Below the pieces are notes generated by a model. The model had not been told where the DNA came from and searched no databases. It saw only the letters and a list, made by a program, of their open reading frames with translations. A stretch of DNA of 64,000 nt from Octopus sinensis (lineage: Eukaryota): the NCBI RefSeq assembly GCF_006345805.1, contig NC_042998.1, positions 178,436,001-178,500,000 of the forward strand, given 5' to 3'. This document shows positions 28,061-42,216 of this stretch, piece after piece (position 1 is the first letter of the stretch; each line of letters starts with the position of its first letter). Position numbers and translations under genes: made by a program.

Positions 28061-31000
28061 AGGCAGGACTGTAGATAGAAATGAGTTGGAGCCGAACTAT
28101 TGGTTGTAGAACATTAACTTGCATGTAAAAATGGAACACAAGTATGTTGGGAGAGCAGTTGGGCATTAGTCACCGTGTACGTAAAAGGGACACCAGCACT
28201 GGTATAGACAGGTTATGGAAATGGAGAGAGAGAAACAACTGAGTGAAAGGTGCTAACTGCATACAGTGGAAAGACCAAAACAAATTCCACAAAGAATTTT
28301 TATGTGATAGTGCCACATAAGTAGTTTGTGTTAGGAAGGGCATCCAGCTGTGGAAACAACACCAAAACAGACAATGGGACTTGATGTGGCTCCTATCCTT
28401 GCCAGCTCCTGTCAAACCATTCAACCCATACCAGCATGGAAAACAGATGTTAAATGATGATGATAGTGGTTCTGTCCAATGTTCTAACAATTCCAACAAC
28501 CAACCTGGATTGGTACTTGCTTTTATTAACCTGAGAACATAAGGAATTGGAACAAATGCTGCAAAGAATTTTATCAAGCGCGCTAACAATTCAACTAATC
28601 CATGCTGACTGCTCTTTCACATACATATACACTCACAGATGTATGCATACAACTGTTTCATGTGACCCAAGAATAGCTGACTAACTTACTAGACAGAAAC
28701 TGGAGAGAAACACTCATCATATCAGCAGAAAGTTATGCAAAAATATTACAAAAACTCCAACATTGACAGGAAAACATTACATTCCACTGAGAAGGAGAGG
28801 TCTCCACAATTCAGGAAAATACCTGATTGAAAAGGAGATAAAGAACTCTCTGCTGTGACAGAAACTTTCATCTGTACTATAACTATATCATAAGCAGCTG
28901 CTTGCAAGGTATTACTTTCTCATTAGACATAAAATTTTGTAGCCAAAACTATAAAGTTACCTGCAGGAAGAATTTTCCTGAGATTCATATAGAAGGCATA
29001 CCAGAACTAGAATGTATTCACACTTGAAAATAAGAAATGCTGGTGAAACATTAAAAAAAAAGTAACCCAGTGCAAACACAACAGACTTTCTATTATATGA
29101 TGGGACAGGGAAAAAAAGTCATGCACTGTTGTGGAGGTTAGCTGTCAGCAGATATGAATGTCTTATCTGAAGTTGCAGAAAAAGAGAATATCTATGGTAA
29201 ATTAATCTATAGCCAAGCTACAGCACTTGTATCTAGGCTGTAGAAACTAATGTCTATCATCATAAGTAAATTGGGATATGAAGCAACAGATTTGCATAAA
29301 TGCCCAGAGTTTTCCAAGAAAGAATAAAGTAAACTGGTTCACATCAACCAAATCCAATCAATTAGCAATACAGTGAAGATTTGTAAAACATTCTTGATTT
29401 GAACTTCTTAGATTGAACATATATGCACACTCACTTATGTTAATATGGCATACACACATATATAGAGTAATCACATATACAGTCATGTACTAAAGAGACA
29501 GATACAGCTTTACATCAATTACAAATGTATTAACATACATACACAAATATATGCACACACTAACTCATTCACAGATTCACAAATGCCTTGAACTCCTTTG
29601 ATTCAAAACAAAAGGGCTTTGTTTGTAACTAGCTTCAATTCTGCAAAGAACTTAAATAAATTACAAAAACAGAAAGACAAGCATACATACAAGAGGAGGT
29701 GGGGTTTTTATAGAGATAACACATAAAAGAAATGTGAATGTTACTAGGATTACATTAACTCCTTATTGAGGAAATACTTTTAATAATACAGAATATTTCA
29801 CATGAACATTTTATTTTTAGAATATGATTAAGGTAATGAACTGACAACTTGTAAATCACAAGTTCATATCCTGTATTATTTTTTACACAGTATTTTTGAG
29901 AGGGTAGGGTAATTATTTTCTATTTTTTCCTACTTATCTTAGTTTACTTTACATGGAAGTTTAGTACCAGTTTGTCTAGAATTCAACCTATGATAGAGTA
30001 TCTTATCCAGAAGTAACTATGGTTATCATGAGTCATTCTGTGTTACAGAATCCAAGTAAAGATAAACTTTGGACATATGAGTCAACTATGACTAACTTCT
30101 ATTACAAGAGAGTTTTTACAAAGTCAACCAAGTTGCAAGAAATAGCAATTAAATTACCTTCAAATCATACCCTACTGACTTAATAAAGTAAGGACATATT
30201 AGAAATGTAATTTTAGCCTGAAAAAAAAAAGACAATATGGTCACTTCTGCAATGCCTTTGATCATAAGTTTGCTCCATCAGGCCTGACCTAAACGCCAAA
30301 CAATAACAACTATTAAAAGAGAAATAGAGTTATTTAGTTTATGTTATTTTCTCCTCAGCTATTAACTGAAACTAAAGTGGGTTCCTCACCCCTCATCACA
30401 AAGGAATCTTTAAATTCTTCTGGGAGTGAAAACAATAGAGACCCAAACATACTGGCTTTTTTTTTAGATAAACAGAATACATAAAACAAAAAAAAAGAGG
30501 AAATGATGATAAAGCAAGTGAACTTTGAGCAAGATAACAGTGTAAATTGAAACTCCCACTTTCAATGTTAAACTGATATTATACAAGATTTTTATTTTCA
30601 TTTAATTTCATTTACAAGATAAGAAAGGTCAACTAAACAGAGACCACAAAATACGCGTAAGATGCACTGCACATCACATTTTACAAATAAAAATAGTAAC
30701 ACTACCATTTCAATATTATCTCTTACAAACTCTCTTTCTCTAGTTCTGTATTTTATATCATTCCTATCACTGTCATTAAAGTTTAATTTGCCATGCTAGC
30801 AAGGAAGGATTGGGTGAACCTGCTACATAGTATAACATCATTTGTCAAGATTCTTTTTGAGCAGACATGGAAATTTGTAGAGCCATTAGAGCATCAGGAG
30901 ATATGCTTTGTGGTATTCATCCCAGTTTCTTGCATTCTGCATTCAAATGTTGCCAAAATCAACTTTGTCTTTTTGTAAAAGTACTATTCCAGGTGAAGTG

Positions 31001-34000
31001 GTGAAATTGTTAGACCATCAGATAAGAAGCTTTGAAACATTTGTTCCCATCTCTTTACATTGTAAGTTCAAATTCTCACATGGCAGACTTAATTAGTCTC
31101 CCAGTTTAACACTGCCACCCAATCTTTGAGCATCTTTTGCAGACACTACTTTGTTGCAAGCATTCAGGCAAGATCTCCAGTTTGAAGATACTTTTCTCCT
31201 TCCCCTCCTCCAGTACCAAAGATTCTGTAAAGGGTCTTGGACACTACTTTCACTCCTAACCAAGCAATGAAAAAAATTCAGAGATCTAACATCACCATTT
31301 TGCAAAAGATGCATCTACTGCAGAGAAATATCAAGGTATTCTCAAGTTATTCTTCCTTGATTCTCTGCAATGGATACACCTTTTCAAAATATAAACAAGG
31401 CCCTCTCAAGAATATAAAAGTTCATGCAAAACAAGACTGTGATAACTTCCAATAAACAAGCTAAAAAAATTCAGAAATAATTACATAAAGATACTTTTCA
31501 CTCTACATTTTTGTGTTCTCTGTATCTTTTCTAAAGTACACTGTGTTGTTGTAGAGAAACCCCAGTCAACTTTTACTTCAATAGATTTATGTTCTAGAAG
31601 TAACTGATCACAGAATCATGTGATCAGCATTCAAGGCATAGTTATATCCTATTTATAGTGTAGGTAAGTACACTGTCTTAATATTTCAGACTTATACAAG
31701 TAGTCTCCATTTCAAAGACAGTAAAGAGATTGTTGAAGATTCGGCTATGTAGAAGCTTCACTGCTACTTTTAAGTGAACATATGTTGGACAAGCTGGCAG
31801 AATACAAAACAACACACCTCACCGTGTGTTTGTGTAAGGCTCTATTTTACTGAGGTCTCATCAAACTTCCTTACTCTATAAACCAAATGTTTATCAGTCT
31901 GTCTCTATTCCAGTCACTTTCCATTAATATCAAAGAAACGATTTTCTGCCATTTCCAAAAGATTATATGCCAACAGCAATACAGGAATTGGACAAACTGG
32001 TCTGATAAAATTTACTTTAAGCTATGTGAACTGCCATATTATTAACAGAGTTAGAAAACGAACAAGAATTTAATTTAGATTTCATTTCTTTCCAGTGATA
32101 GAAAAACAAGTGTAGAAAAGTAAATGAATGGTTTATTTCTTTAAACAGGATGTTCTTTTTTCAGAAAACAAATATGAAAATTGAAAACAAGGTGGAAGAT
32201 TACCATGTAAATATCTGCAAACAAGAATTCTGTCTGGCAGAATATATATAGATAGGGTGGAACAGAGTTTGAGTTGAGCTTTTCAAAAGAGGATTTCAAA
32301 CACTGGCACAAGGCCATGAATTTCTGGAAAGAGGTGTAGTCAATTTAACCAACCCTATTTTATTACTGGTACTAATCAAACTTAGAAAGATGAAAGATAA
32401 AGTCAAAATGGTATAAAGGGTATAAATGGTATAAATACAGCAAGGCATATTGTCCAGGACTTGCCTATTCTGCTTTTCAAAATAATGGTTGCAGATATAG
32501 TAATCATAAAGCATAAACTAGTTGTATTTTCATACTGGTATATACAGTTGACCCAATTGAGACTAAAGCTATTTGTGAATAAATTCAAGTACCAAAGATG
32601 TGCTGAGAAGCTTCTATCCCAAAAAGAATGTTGATAACATTCAGTTGGAATGTTATAGCAACAATACTACATTACTTTCTGTTTTAGTTTTTGATCTTAT
32701 TTCTTTTATATTTATGTATAAAGGAAGAACTCTTCTGTACATAAAACAAGAGAAAGTTACTCTGGATAGAAGAATGTAGAAAATATTTCAGTATTTTTTA
32801 ATAAATAATTATGAAGAAGAACGTAAGGGGGGAGGGGTGGCTGACTTAAATACAGGCGCACACGTTAGATGCACGTGTGTGAACACAAATAGTGAAGCAT
32901 TTAAAGACGCTACTGTACTCCAAACGAAACAGACAAAATATTTCAACAGCCTAAATTTTCCTTTTATAGTACAAGATTATTTTGAGAAAATGTTTTATAC
33001 AGATCACTATTCTGGCAACAGGTAAACAGACAGAAATAAATGTTTGTTGGTTAATCTAGCCATGTAATGTAATTTAAATACATTGAGAAATGGAAAAGAA
33101 ATCTAAACCTAAATACAGAGTTTAGATATTGAAATATTTACCTGTCATCTGAGGTGATTTAAAAGGATTTCTCATCAGCCTTACAGTAAATGTATTCCTC
33201 ACAGTAAAGCATTAAATGAACTCTATCACCAAAGATAGTAGGAGAGGAAATACTGTGTATGAGAAAGAGGCCAAACAGTGTAAAGCCAGAGAGCTTTGTA
33301 ATCACAGTGGTAATGAGACTTCTAACTATTTATGAAATGGGTTGGATTTCTGTCAAACTATCAAGTAACTCAAAACACAGGTAGGAGTAAAAGTAGAGGG
33401 AGGACAGAAAATGTAAGCTAGGAATGAGTGCACTGGGTTTCATTGATAAGTACCTTAGTAATAAGGTAAAAAAATTATATGCCACATGCTCTTTCAATAT
33501 ATGCTACTAGTTAGTAACCGGCATTGAGGAGAAAATATGCAAAAATTCAGATACAGAGGACAGATAACAGTGAAAAGTGATTATACATTCTAATATAATG
33601 ATAAAAGCTAAGCTATTCACCCTCAGATAGAAATAACTATACATATGCATATGTTAGTTGTATTGTGTGTGTATGTGTGTTTGTGTGTGTGTGTGTGTGT
33701 GTAAGCATGCGTGTATATGTGTGTGTGTGTGTGTACAAGTGCACATGCATGCATACAGGTTAATTACTTTAAACAATATTTCAAGGTGAGTTGAAGAGAT
33801 TACAATTTAAGAAGGTTATATACTTTTTATACTTTTTTAAAATCTTAAGTAATGCTTAACACTCAATTTTAAAAGACTTGAACATACATCAATTTTTTTT
33901 TTCTATACAAGTACAGATCTAATATTTTGTTTGGGAGAGTTGAATAGAGTTGATAAAATCAGGTATCAGTATATAACTGGTTTTAATTATTCCTTAAAGC

Positions 34001-34919
34001 AATGTTTCTCATAGGAAGAATGCAGGTCCCTCTAGGAGAGAACAGATGAATTGCTTACCATGTTTAGTAAATGAGATAGATTTTAACTTCATAAAACTAG
34101 TGCAGCACCATAGCAAAGATAGAAGAATTACATAACTGCAAGCTTTATTTTGTTTTTATATTAATAAAGAAGGAAGAAGACAAAAGATTCCATCAACATT
34201 TGTTGGGAATGCTGGGCTTTGTGAATTTGAGAACCACCACCTTAAAGCCAGCCTTTGGAAGCATTTGAAATTAGAACATTGAGAGACACTTAAAAATAAA
34301 ACTATGTGAAGAAATAATGAAGTAATGGTAAAAATGTCTGGCACTATTGATGCTCAAAAGGTATCACTTTTCAAATGCATAAATTTCATGTTTCTTCCAT
34401 CAACAATATGATGTCTTCTTCAGGTGACAACCAAACCATGAATGTAGGTATCACAGTAGGTAAAATACTACCATAGCTTTACGTACTAACCTGTATATAA
34501 GACCCTTTTAAGCTGCGTTTAAAATACCAGCTTGAAACACAATATATATATCTGTTTAGTAATGGCACATTTGAATATGGTTTGACAACAGAGCTACTAA
34601 AATGTGGCATAAACAAATATAATGTAACAACCTAGAAAGTTTAAATTAATTTAATAAACTTCTTGCAAAAAGTAGGATGTGTAGAGCTGAATTCTTAAAC
34701 CATTAACATGATACAAAAATGATATAAAAAGTATAAAATTGAAAAGAAATTATATCACAGGTCTTTCACACCAAAACCCACAACACAGATATGCTAATGT
34801 GATCTAAAACACATAGTTATTAAGAGAATGTGATAAGTAAAACGCATTTAACTGGTTGGAAAGAAAGTTACCAAGATATATATAACTTGATAAAGATTAA
34901 CAGATGCACTTTATATATG

Positions 34920-34951
<32 letters not shown>

Positions 34952-35835
34952 CAGGGTCAGGCAAAATGATCTGACACATTTGTAGGTTAAATAAAAGGCA
35001 AATGAAGTAAAGAAACAAAAAAGTGTTTTTATTTTTGTAAAGTACATATAATGCCATTTTGTTTCATTATGTTTTAAAAATTAAATCAGTCAAATGGGAT
35101 CCATTATTGTCCACACACTGTCAAAGGCGTGTGTGGCACAGTGAATAAGCAAAACTTCAGATACTGGGCCAAGAACAACCCTCGTGAGTTGCATGAACGC
35201 CCTTTGCATTGTCCTCGGGTGACTGTATGGTGTGCTGTGGCAGAATTTGGTATGTGGGGTCTGTACTTATTCGAAGAAGACAACGTTACAGTGACTGTGA
35301 ACTCTGATCGATATTGTGAGATGCTAGAGACTTTTCTCAGACCAAAATTGAATATGCTCCACGATATGGACAATGTTTGGTTTCAACAGGATGGAGTAAC
35401 AGCCCACACTTCTTGACGTGCGATGGGGATTTTGAGGAGTGTTCCCTGGTCATTTGATCTCATTGCGTGGTGACATCGGTTGGCCCGCCCGTTTACTTGA
35501 TTTAAATCCGTGCGATTTTTTTCTCTGGGGATACCTCAAGTCAAAGGTATACATGAATCGCCCTCAATCTATTGAACAACTTAAAGATGCAATTCGTCAA
35601 GAAATTACTGCCATTCCACATGAAATGACCCGCCGAGTTATTGACAACTTTCGTGAACGCCTTCGACAGTGTGTGGACAATAATGGATCCCATTTGACTG
35701 ATTTAATTTTTAAAACATAATGAAACAAAATGGCATTATATGTACTTTTCAAAAATAAAAACACTTTTTTGTTTCTTTACTCCATTTGCCTTTTATTTAA
35801 CCTACAAATGTGTCAGATCATTTTGCCTGACCCTG
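34952..35835 (+). mobile_element. Non-autonomous Tc1/mariner element, DD41D (rosa-type) transposase remnant with 179-bp inverted ends
   Basis: Arms 34952-35130 and 35657-35835, flanked by TA. It encodes NKQNFRYW...WCAV...FQQDG...WPARLLDLNPCDFFLWGYLK with a stop and a frameshift; spacing is about 41 aa after correction. Confidence 0.9.
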
Positions 35836-35848
35836 TATATATATATAT

Positions 35849-37561
35849 AGGGAGAGAATTTGTTTAGATGAAATGCAGTTCGGTTTTGTACCAGGTAGAA
35901 GCACCACTGATGCTATATTCCTGGTCCGACAACTGCAGGAGAAGTACCTAGCTAAAGATAAACCCCTCTACATAGCTTTTGTAGACTTGGAGAAAGCCTT
36001 TGACAGGGTTCCCCGTTCCCTTATCTGGTGGTCGATGCGGAAACTGGAGATTGAAGAATGGCTAATAAGGGCTGTACAGGCTCTATACAGAGAGGCTGTC
36101 AGCAAGGTTAGGATTGGCAACGAATATAGTGAAGAATTCCGGGTAGAAGTAGGTGTGCACCAGGGCTCAGCCCTCAGTCCCCTTTTATTCATCATAGTCC
36201 TTCAGGCAATAACAGAGGAATTCAAAACGGGATGCCCCTGGGAGCTCCTCTATGCCGATGACCTAGCTCTCATAGCAGAATCACTACCGGAACTAGAAGA
36301 GAAATTTCGGGTGTGGAAGCAAGGATTGGAATCAAAGGGCCTTAGAATAAATGTAGCAAAGACCAAAGTATTAGTAAGCAGCAAGAGGTACTCAGCACAC
36401 ATCCCCTCGGGTAGGTGGCCTGCTCAACCTGTAGGAAAGGTACAGGTAGAAACTCCATAAGATGCACCCAATGTAAGTTATGGACACATAAGAGGTGCAG
36501 CAACATTAAAGGGAAATTAACAGATAAGATAGCTTTCATGTGCGGCAGATGCACAGGGACAATAGACACAACAGACACTCAGAAAACAGATTCCATCACA
36601 CTCCAGGGAGAGAAACTAGAAGTAGTTGATAGTTTCCGCTACCTGGGTGACCAAGTTAGTAGCGGAGGTGGATGCACAGAGAGTATCACCACTAGAATAC
36701 GAATAGTCTGGGCAAAGTTCAGAAGCTCCTACCCCTACTGGCAACAAAAGGTCTCTCCCTCAGAGCAAAAGGTAGATTGTATGATGCATGTGTGCGAACT
36801 GCCATGCTTCACGGTAATGAAACATGGGCTGTGACTGCAGAAGACATGCGTAGACTTGAAAGAAATGAAGCTAGCATGATCCGCTGGATGTGTAGTGTCA
36901 GTGTGCACGCAAAACAGAGTGTAAGTATCCTGAGAGAAATGCTGGATATAAGAAGCATCAGATGTGGTGTGCAAGAGCGACGCTTGCGATGGTATGGTCA
37001 TGTGCTGCGGATGGATGAAGAGAGATGTGTGAAGAAGTGCCACTCCCAAACAGTTGAAGGTATCAGGGGGAGAGGTAGACCCAGGAAGACATGGGATGAG
37101 GTGGTCAAGCATGACCTCAGAGCATTGGCCTCACTGAGGCAATGGCAAAGGACCGAGATCTCTGGAGATATGCTGTGACTACAAAGACCCGGCTGCTTTC
37201 TGCAGCAATTCCACATACCCCCTACCCATTCTAAGTACCCCGGATCCCCAAAGTATCCTGGATCCCCAAAGTACCCCGATCCCCAAAGTACCCCGGACCT
37301 CGTTGCCCCCGTGCCGCTGACACGTTAAAATGCTCGAACCGATCGTGATGATGCCGGACCCTCCGGCCCCTGTGCAGGTGGCACGTAAAAGGCACCCAAT
37401 CCACTCACGGAGTGGTTGGCGTTAGGAAGGGCATCCAGCCGTAGAAACTCTGCCAGATTCAGACTGGAGCCTGGAGCGGCCCCTGGCTTCCCAGACCCGG
37501 TCGAACCGTCCAACCCGTGCTAGCGCGGAAAGCGGACGTTAAACGATGATGATGATGATGA

Positions 37562-37563
<2 letters not shown>
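35849..37563 (+). mobile_element. 5'-truncated RTE-clade LINE (frameshifted RT pseudogene, 3' UTR, (GAT)n tail)
   Basis: Motifs QFGFVPGRSTTDAIF, FVDLEKAFDRV, GVHQGSALSPLLF, YADD, FRYLG, RLRWYGHVLR and RGRGRPRKTW over three frames. ~18-bp tandem repeats at 37232-37297; ends in (GAT)n. Confidence 0.95.
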
Positions 37564-37605
<42 letters not shown>

Positions 37606-37609
<4 letters not shown>

Positions 37610-37803
37610 ATAAAAACGGTAAGATAACAAAAGAAGGAAAGAGACCTCGATATTATATAGAGGAATTTATCTGTAAATGTAATACATGACAATTATTCGG
37701 TAGCCAAGATAAAACTCCGAGTTTCGGATGCCGAGGTGGAAATCCACGCCACCATCTCTTCAGACGGTGGCATGGATTTCCACCTCTGCATCATTTACAG
37801 ATA
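37606..37803 (-). mobile_element. Hammerhead-containing repeat fragment with fold-back end, in (TA)n
   Basis: Minus strand CTGAAGA-GATG...CATC-C-GAAA-CTCGGAGT-T-TTATC at 37763-37708. 37764-37803 holds inverted copies of internal segments. Confidence 0.65.
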
Positions 37804-39703
37804 TATATATATATATAAACTATTTTTTCTCTCATTCCACACAACTACTGCATACTGGAGATTACCAACAAGTGTTTCTTCTCTAAGGTCATTTAGAGGG
37901 ATGATTTGACAACCTGGAGAATAGTAACAGAGAATAGAGACTCACCAACTCCTTGAGAATGTTTCATTAAGAGCCTCTAATGTATGAATTTGTGGTGCAA
38001 ACTAGTTAAAATTAATTCTAATATTGACATGTGCACTTAATTCCGGTATTGTAACTTTACATAGCTTTACATAGTTTTTGATATTATTCCAACCAAAAAT
38101 GCAGAGCTGCATCTGCATTCTCAAGGTCAAAACAAGCTACTAAGTACAGCTATTTAACAATGGCAGGAAGCTATCTGATATCAACTTAGCAGGAAACTAG
38201 AAACATTACAATAAGAGAAATTATTTGTAATTATTGACCCAAGAAAGGTGTGTATAATTGCATCCACTTTAGACTGAATAGTCTTGAATAGGACGCTAAT
38301 CAATTTCTTTCGACTTGTTTGTCAGTTAATACAAAGAACTTTGAGCTATTCAGTCTTGTCAGGTCACTCTAGCAAGCAATCTTATAAAATTCTGGACCTA
38401 TTCACCTAAACAAGATCATTAAAACCAAGCAAAAGATTGGCCAACCACATATATACTTAAAATAAGCTCATAGAAAAATTTCAGATTTTGGTTGCTCAAC
38501 CTGCTATAAACAACAGCCTAATCTCCCTCAAATTACACCCTAACATCTCAAAACATGGAAGATATATTGGATAATATGACCTCTGATATACAAAAAGACA
38601 GGTTGGTCATGGCTAGAATGCCTTTGGTCATAGTTTGCCAATAAGGGCTGACCTGAGAATATACAGTAATAACTAGTTGGCTTAGCAAAGATAACATTTA
38701 ATTTATTTTAATGTAATTTGTAAAACATTTCTATAAAATATTATAGCATGAAAAAAGATGATAGAAATCTATTTTCAGACCAGAAAATATTGATTTTGAA
38801 GCATTTGATTTATCCAGTTTGGAGATAATGTAGGAGACATTATTTGGAGAGCGAAATGACATAAAATATATTTTACTTTATTCATAGGTTAACAAAACAG
38901 TAAAATATTTACTTTGTCCTTATCCATATTCTTTCATTTCTAGTTAAACCAATTGATTATATAGAATGCAGAATACTCTCTTTTTTATTCTTGTATTTTA
39001 TCTCACAGAGATTTGTCTATGAGCTTATTCTAATCTTTGCTTAGGCTAGCCAGACTATTTCTGCAATAAATTAATACTCAGTTTGCATTACTTGCTCACA
39101 TCATTTTAATACTTTATTCTTCCCATTTGATCACATCACTTAGATTGTCTTTCACTTCTTTCTTTCAAGCTAACACGAGTTAAACTTCTGCTAATATAGA
39201 TATTTGCTGAAACCGTTGTTGTATAATATTTTTCAACTTGAATGCTTTCCTTAATGCAAACCACTCTGTCAAGCAACTGATGGAGTATCTATTTTCAGCC
39301 TGGTTAAGTCAGGTCAGTAATGTGACTTGTCTAAAGATACTATCCTTCAATGATGGTACAGTTTCAATAAGAAAGGCAATTCGGGTGAAAGTGATGTATC
39401 CAAGAGGCATACTTAGCAGCTATCTTAGTAATAGTAGACAAGCTAGCTGAGCAGATAAACACGATGACATTACATACAACCTTACATACACCAAGACACA
39501 CACAAGTACGCATATATCACTTGCTTCATAATTACACATAAAGCACTACGTATACAAGAACATACTCACATATACCACTTTAAACACAACTACACATACA
39601 CCATTCACACTGCTACTACCACCTACACCACTATATAATTATATACACACTATTACACATGCAAATATTCATCCTTTATTACTCACACGAGTATATATAC
39701 ATA

Positions 39704-40986
39704 CGAGGGGCGTTCAATAAGTAATGCCCCTGACCCACTTCCCATAGCAGTAGAGCAACGAAACTTGGCACAGTTATTAGTCTTTTTCTACATAGGAACC
39801 ACCCAGAGCTACGCATTTCTCACATCGTTTGATGCAGCTCTGAAGATCGTTTTTGTAGAAGACCCCCAGCTTGGTCCTCCAACCACGACGTGACTTCAGA
39901 AATCAAGGCTGCATGATCTGGGAAACGCTTTCCTTTCAAAAACAACTTCATGGCTGGGAAGAGGTGAAAATCAGAGGGTGCAAGGTCAGGAGAGTAGGGG
40001 GGATGGGGGATGAGTTCATAGCTGCACGCCTGTGTTTCTGATCTGGCGACACGCGAGTTGTGAACCAGAGCGTTGTCCTGCAAGAGGAGGATGCCTTTGC
40101 TGATCTTGCCCCGCCTCTTGATTTTGATAGCTTCTCTTAATTTCCTCAAAAGTGAAGCATAATAAGGCTTCTGTAATTGTGGCACTCTTTGCCAGGAAAT
40201 CTGTCATCAGTACTCCGTCCAGGTCCCAGAAGACTGTGAGCATGACCTTGCCAGCAGAAGGCTGCACCCTTGCCTTCTTTGGAGGAGGTGAGTCACGGTG
40301 CTTCCACTGCATTGACTGGGCTTTGGTCTCTGGATCATAGTGATGGACCCAGGTTTCATCCTGTGCAATCAGTCTTTTGAAAAATTTTGACTCATCTTCT
40401 TGGCACATCTCCAAATTCATCCTCGAGCAATCGACATGTTCTTGCTTCTGGAAAGATGTGAGCAACCTGGGAATCCATCTTTTGCATATGCAAATGGTCA
40501 TGAATGATAGTTTCCACAGACCCGGTACTAATCTTGACCTCATGGGCTATTTGGCGAATAGTTATGCGTCGATCTTCCAAAATGGCAGCCTCAACATGAC
40601 GGACAGATGCCTCATCAATGGCAGAAGGGGGCGACCAGATCTGGGAGCTGTTTCCACAGAGTTCCGACCATGTTTGAATTCACGATGCCAGCGTTTTACA
40701 AGGTCATATGATGGGGCATCATCACCATAAGTTACTTTCATTTCATCAAAAGTCTCCCGTGGTGTGCGTTCTTTCAAATACAAAAACCGGATCACTGCTC
40801 GACACTCAACAGGCTCCATTTCACACTTGACTCAGTTCAAACACTTGTAAATCAGAAACCACAATTAGTCCAGAGCTGTAATTTGCCACTTAATCTATAA
40901 AGATATAAATAATTGTACATGCAAAATTTCAGCTAGATCAAATAACTGCAAGTGGGTCAGAAGCATTACTTATTGAACGCCCCTCG
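39704..40986 (-). mobile_element. Full-length mariner (DD34D, irritans/Hsmar2-like ends) with frameshifted transposase
   Basis: TIRs CGAGGGGCGTTCAATAAGTAATGC..TGACCCACTT at both ends with TA TSD. Motifs DETWVHHYDPETK, LLQDNA and HPPYSPDLAPSDFHLF are split over frames; length ~1.28 kb. Confidence 0.95.
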
Positions 40987-42216
40987 TACTCTATTCTACA
41001 CACAACTATATATGCACTACTGTATACACCACTACATATACAAAACTACATATATACCATTACATACACTACTATACCACCTACAACACGTGCACCACTA
41101 CAAGCCAATGACAAGGCTTTTATGTGATCACTAAACTTAAATACTATGCTCCACAATCTTATGGAAAAAAAAAAGGAAGAAGCACATTGGATAAGGATGG
41201 CCATGGTTGGGATCACTTTCATCATAGGTTTGCTCAATAGGGCTGACAAAAGGCTGAACAACAACACACACCACTCTACATATATACATGCCATTAAGCA
41301 TCCTGCAATATATTTGAGACCATTATACACTCTACTACACACCCAACCAAAAGTCATCACACCCACCAAAGATGCTAGAAAATGGATACTTGTAAAGAAA
41401 ATATGAAGCTTGAGTGCAAATGTACTCTTAGGGTATTTTGAAGACAGTGTGTGTGTGTGTGTGTGTGTGCGAAAGAGAGAGAGAGAGAAGAGAGAGCACA
41501 CCATGTGCACACGTATACAATAAGTCTAGATTCAGCTTGCCTGCTAAAACGGCATTCTTTGCCAAATTCAATATAGTTTAACATGAGTTACCTATCTCAG
41601 TGAATGAAGCTCTACAATCATTGCTATCAGCTATCAGAAACATCATTTGAAATCATAAAACTCAGCTCAATGATCCAGCAATTCACCACTCAACCATTGT
41701 GGTTCTTATTTGTGTTAACTTTTCAAAGGCTTTGCCCCTCTTCTTGGGTCATATCATATTCACTTTACTGTTTCATACTATTTCACTGCAGACACAATAA
41801 ATCACACACCACCACCATTTATATCCTACTGGAACAGAGAACAAAACTCCTGATAACGCACACACATACATACTCATACACACGTTTCCTATTTTTTTGA
41901 CATACCAAAAAGGCCTTTCTTTTTACAAACAATAGTGCTTTTCTGAAAGTTCTGTGGGGTGAGAGGTTTGCAAATAGCCTGACTTATCATTTAAACTGGG
42001 AGGAGTTAGTTAGTTGGTTTACAATAGAGATATGCCAGTTGGACTTGTCCTATTAACTTTCAGCACTTCAATTCATAACACAGAATTTAATCCAGTAGCA
42101 TAATAGATAACACACAAATATATCATTGAATACATTTGTTTTTGACAGTAGTTGTTAAGGTTATACTAATTCAGAGGTTAAATTGTACCTTTATCAATAG
42201 ATCCCTGTAATCGGTC

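Noticed and set aside
30780-31455. Higher-complexity stretch with several short ORFs
   Set aside because: Stops in all frames and no motif I can identify; possibly an old transposon relic.
34387-34428. Minus-strand CTGAAGA-AGACATCA..TGATGG-AA-GAAACATG
   Set aside because: Stem II is partial and stem I has no partner; could be an old relic but is not supportable.
37232-37297. Short direct repeats resembling an array
   Set aside because: No unique spacers; a minisatellite in the LINE 3' UTR, not CRISPR-like.
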